Origin: Fimicolochytrium jonesii
Taxonomy: Eukaryota
DNA length: 64,000 nucleotides
Assembly (NCBI RefSeq): GCF_025526975.1
Contig: NW_026515689.1
Span: forward strand, 124,001-188,000
Direction of reading: 5' to 3'
A program made the position numbers and the translations under genes. The number at the start of each line of letters is the position of its first letter. Position 1 is the stretch's first letter. The notes beneath the pieces are model-generated. The model was not told where the DNA came from, did no database searches, and was given only the letters and a program-made list of their open reading frames with translations. Positions 59,151 to 64,000 of this stretch are shown piece after piece.

Positions 59151-60704
59151 TCAAGGCGCCACGTACAGCGACTTGTCAATGACGGGCGGTATGGGTGCAA
59201 TCTCCGTTCCAAGCTCCTGTTCAATTCGGTACAAGTTGAATCGATCCTCGTAAGTGATCAGGTTGATAGCGAGCCCGAGGTGTCCGAACCGTCCCGAACG
59301 ACCGATACGGTGCAAGTACGTCTCAGCTGTCTTTGGGAAGTCAAAGTTGATGACGACGTTCACGGCCTGGATGTCGATACCGCGAGTGAGCAGGTCGGAG
59401 CAGACCAGGTGACGGGTCTTACCGTTGCGGAAGTCGTGGAAGACTCGGTTACGGTGGGATTGCAGCATTTTGGCGTGGATGTAGAAGCAGGAGTAGCCGA
59501 GTTCGGTGATCTTCTTGGCTAGTAGCTCGACTCGGCTGGTCGAGTTGCAGAAGATGATGGATTGATTGATTTGTAGCTGTTTTGCAGGGTGTGAGTATCA
59601 AACGATGCAACTCTTAGACATCAACATATTCGGATGTACCTTGGAGAAGAGGGTGTTGAGACAGTGGACCTTCTGTCGCTCCTCAACATACGCATAGTAC
59701 TGCGTAACACCCCGGAGGGTCAGGTCGTCCATAAGATTGATCTCGTACGGCTTGTTCAAGAACTTGTCCTTGAAGGCCTTGACGATCATTGGGAATGTTG
59801 CGGAATAGAGGAGGATCTGACGGCCAGGTTTGCAGAAGCCGATAAGTTGCTCGATGATGGGCTGGAATTCCGGGGACAAAAGCTTGTCGGCTTCGTCCAT
59901 GATAAAAAGGGTACAGTCGCTCAGGTCTGCGACACCTTTGCTCGCGAGGTCGAGAACACGTCCTGGCGTCGCGACAAGGATGTGGACTGGAGAATAAATG
60001 AGGAATGCTGGATCAGTATCATTCATGCACAACGGCGACATGCATATGTGGGACACGAACCTTGCTGGCCCAGACGTAGAATGTCATCTTTGAGAGTTGT
60101 GCCTCCGGTTGTCACCATGACCTGGACACCAAGGTGCTTGCCGAGAGTGCGACACACTTGTGATGTTTGCAGAGCCAACTCTCTGGTGGGGGTGAGGACA
60201 AGGGCTGTTTCAAGAATAGGGTTGGTCATCGGATGTCAACGCGTGCTGCAACAAGCACCAAACGCAATAGCGAACCAGTCTCTTACCTTGGATGCGATTC
60301 TTGGAAACATTGATCTTCTCGAGCATAGGGATGGTAAAAGCAGCGGTTTTCCCCGTGCCGTTCTTCGCTCTGGCAAGAATGTCTCGTCCAGCGAGAGCAA
60401 TTGGAATCGACTCTTCTTGGATGGGAGATGGCTTTTCAAAACCGGCCTCGAAGATTCCCATCAACAACTCTCGCTTGAGGAAGTAGTCCTCAAAGTCGTT
60501 TCCTTTGGTGGCGGTGACATCTTCCGTTTGCGGCCGGGTGTCCTTGGGAGGTGCCTTCAGGTTCTTTTTCCACTCGTTGTTGTTGTTTGAGCTGGGAGTG
60601 AAGCATTTAGACACAGACTCAAATCCCTACTCCTAGCAACCGCTGCTCATGTAGTACCTAATATGCGTATTTTGCAATTGCATGGCAAGTCCATTAGCAG
60701 ACAT
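59151..60704 (-). CDS. DHH1: DEAD-box RNA helicase DHH1/DDX6; multi-exon
   Basis: [77 protein letters not shown]. Confidence 0.97.
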
Positions 60705-61805
60705 TGTGATGATGATGGATGCGATTTGAGGTCGGGTGACGGAGAGATATTTGCCTCGTGCGAGATGTTAAGGGACAAGAGGAGGAAGATTGACTTGTAG
60801 CTGCGTCAATCGTCTTCTACAGAAAGCGATGTGACTTCGTTTCCAAAAGTGTAGGATGCAGCGATGTTGGTGACAACTGCCGGGGTGGGACACGCGAGGT
60901 TGGGTATCCGTTTTTTCGAAGACAAACGACTACGAGTATAGGTGTGCGCGACGTAAGGCGCTCTCCTTTACCAAAAACTTAGCCAGTCTAATATGACCAG
61001 ACAGATAGGGTGAGGTTGGCGACTGAGGTATTCTTGACGCGGGTGATATATATTTACACCAGGTTCAATTGGAACGGAATTTACAAGCCCACTGAGATTC
61101 GCGGCGAGTCGGAAGTGATCGCCGGATACTGGAACGTGTGGTTGCTGCTGTGTATTGACGTGGCTTCAGCGCCAGACTCGAGGCAGTATGGTAGAGTAGG
61201 TGTTTGTGGATGCCCACGGCGCGAGTGATCTGCACGTAAGATGTGTTGGTGAGCGAGATGCCGGCTTGCGTTTGTTGAGGATAGGGTTGCTAATAGTGAG
61301 CAATCTAAAGACCGGATGGTGAACGTTCGTAAAGAGTTAGCGACGGTGAGTTGTGGTGGGCGGAGCGAGCGTTTGACCACGGCAGTATTGTTGTTGTTTT
61401 GTTGTTGTGCGTGGGGAACCAATCTGGCGAAGAAAAGAAAGGGTGTTGGTTGGGGCACCTTGCCTGCGAGAGGCGGTTTCTCGCTACATAGGAGACGTAT
61501 AAGAGCCAAGCCACCAGGCACTCACAGCTGGGTGGAAGCCACGTGATATGCATTTGATTCAACTCGGTTTAAAAAACCCTCGTATGTCTTTTCCTCCCTC
61601 CCTGATGTGAAAGAACTTTGGGTGGCTGTGCACTCCATTCATTTAGCAGTTGCGTCGCGCCGCCATCATAAGGCGACTCATTGTCCGAAGCTCGTCAGAA
61701 AGCTCAGCAGAAACAGCTCCTCAGAATTAAGCAACCCCACACGTACTGCACAGATCGGAAAAAACGGGCCGGCACGCACTATTCGGTATCCTCTAGTTGC
61801 CCGCA

Positions 61806-64000
61806 ATGCCCAGGAAGGCCGCAGTGGTAAAGAACCGTATTGAGTCCAGCTCGACCGTCGAGTCGGACGCTACGCATGAACCTTCACTGGACGCTCAGGT
61901 GGACAATGGACACGAAGAGATTACACCGACTGGCCCCAGGCGGTCTGTGAGAGCTCGCGTGAGTAAGAGCTTATCGTCAGGCGCCTCACTCGGGAGCCCG
62001 GCTCCAAAACCAGCAGTTAAAGGTGTGTGTGTAAAGCTGCTTCTGGCGATCGGTACCCGCTTGAAAACCTCAATGGAGTGTTTTGTAGCTGCAGTTCCGA
62101 AGAAGGTTACAAACGCAGAAAACGGAGGCTCCTCTCTATCACTCTCTGGAAGCGATTCAGGCCTCTCCGAAGTGGAAGTTTCCGAAGACGATATTGTAGA
62201 CTCGAGTGACGATGAGGTCGCAAAGCCAACATCCAAGTCTCGCAACACCAAAAGCAATGCAGCCACCCGTGCAAACACGCCAAAGCCTAAGAAACCTAGA
62301 GTGTCCAAAAAGAAAACAACGGCCGTTCCACCCGAGGGCTCGCTTTTCGACATTGTCTCGAATCATGAGGATGCCATTGAGGCGCAGATATCAGATTGGA
62401 TCGCTGACTACAACGAGAATAAAGTAACGGCAATGGTTGAATTGATCAATTTCTTGATCGAGGTAAGTGTGATGAAGGTTCGCTTTAGCTACTGTTGAGC
62501 GATTGCTAAATACGTGTCCGTTTGCAGTCATGTGGATGCTCTGGACGCGTAGATGCATCGGTTTTCGAGGACCAGGATAGCATTACCGAGCGGCTTACGG
62601 AGTTGCAGGAGCAAATCGAGGCTGTGAGTTATTGTGAGCGAGCGGCTTTCAGGCGTATGCTGTCTCTCACTCAACGTGAATCACTTCACAGCAACCACAT
62701 TCCGAATATCCGATTGTGGCGAAAGGACGTGGACGGGGAGGGAACAAGTTCCGCAAGCATTTTGGCGACTTCTGGTCCAAATGGATAAGCCGGCTGAAGC
62801 ACAACTTTTTGTTTGGAGACGATGGATGGTGCTTCGAGACGGTCGTCGTATGGCTAGTTGCCATGAGCTCGTCGGTGTTCAGACCATTCCGACACACGGC
62901 GACTGCCACCGCCTTAGTGTTACTGACGGGCTTGTGCGACATCGGGAAGCAGATACTGGACGAGTTGACGGTAGCGAAAAGACAGTTGGCTGCGGAGACA
63001 AAGACCGCGAAATCGAGGGTTACCCCGAAGCAACAGCAATTGGATGGCAGGGTGCAGACGCTGCACGACAAGAAAGTGAAGGTGGAGACCTTCATGGACG
63101 ATCTTTTCGACAGGTGCGAGGGAGCTGTCAAGAACGGAAGTTTGAAAATCACTCAAGTTCACATTCATATCCTTCGTCCTGTAGTGTGTTTGTGCACAGA
63201 TATAGGGACAGCGAAGCGATTATTCGGATGGAATGCATCCGAGAACTTGGCTCCTGGATATTGCACTTGCCAGAAACGTATCTGAGCCCTCAGTACCTCC
63301 GTTATCTTGGCTGGATGTTGTCAGACAAGGTGGGTAAAATAGTGGCATATGGTGGAAATGGCAATGCCTGACCAAGAGACGGCTGTAGAATGGGCAAGTA
63401 CGCCTCGAGGCGCTGAGCTCCCTATCCCGACTCTACGCAGTGGAATCCATGGTCTCGGGTCTCCGCGAGTTCACCGAACGCTTCAAGCCCAGAATCATGC
63501 AAATGGCCATCCGCGAAGCCGATCTACAAGTGCGCTCTCAAGCGGTGCATTGCGTCACGTTCATCTCCCAGTCCGGATTCTTGGAAGACGACGACACCCG
63601 TTCCCTGATGCCCTTGATATTCGACGAAGATGCCAAGATCCGCGTTGGATTGTCAAAGCTGGTTCAAGAGATTTACACTGAGGAGTACTTGCAGGCCAAG
63701 AAAGATGAGCTGCGGACTCTGGGGGACAATGCCGTGCCTATCGGCGCGCAGGACAAATGGGTCGAGATCAAAGCGCTTTGCAGCATGTTTGTCGAGTTTG
63801 GGGAGATGCTGGCGGAAAATGAGAAGGAAGTCCAAAAACAGCAATCGCCGGGTGCCGCTTCAGCAACGCAGACCCAGTCACAGAGCTTAGTTTATGCCAC
63901 GGAATCCCAGCAGCTAATGAGCCAGGAGGGCGACGACGATGACTTGACTGAGGAGGAATTGGAAGAGCGAGCCCAGCGGCTAGCAGACCTGAAAGGGTTC
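61806..64000 (+). CDS. SCC3: Cohesin subunit SCC3/IRR1/STAG (stromal antigen); 3'-partial, multi-exon
   Basis: ELINFLIESCGC, WLVAMSSSVFRPFRHTAT, VFVHRYRDSEAIIRMECIRELGSW, YLRYLGWMLSDK, LREFTERFKPRI. Confidence 0.95.

Overview
Eukaryotic, intron-containing, gene-dense, GC-rich genomic DNA. Short GT-AG introns with CTAAC/CTGAC-type branch sites and the protein families present point to an early-diverging fungus, probably a chytrid (inference). About 24 protein-coding genes are supportable. Housekeeping genes: TOE1/CAF1-family deadenylase, HAS1, Nup53/Nup35, RPS15, RPS24, DHH1, SCC3/STAG (partial), CPT1/EPT1, quinone oxidoreductase, amine oxidase, DUF1769. Accessory-type genes: a GNAT, an intronless triple-KH protein, an orphan SAP protein, a ferric reductase/NOX, a PD-(D/E)xK nuclease-fold protein, a divergent DPP3, a secreted bacterial-type metallophosphoesterase and two F-box proteins. 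The most striking unexplained signal is a dispersed degenerate repeat (GAGAATGCTTGAGG plus CGAGCG(A/G)AGCGAG, rich in GC-GNA-GC mini-hairpin cores). It fills enlarged 270-380 nt introns of five or six unrelated genes, always in the sense orientation. Other signals: a shared (GGAT)n first-intron design in both ribosomal protein genes, two MITE-like elements, a 39-bp fold-back that truncates an ORF, a 146-bp duplication differing only by transitions, and a C-rich to G-rich switch along exons. No rRNA, tRNA or CRISPR array was recognised. Exon boundaries were read by eye and are approximate unless stated.
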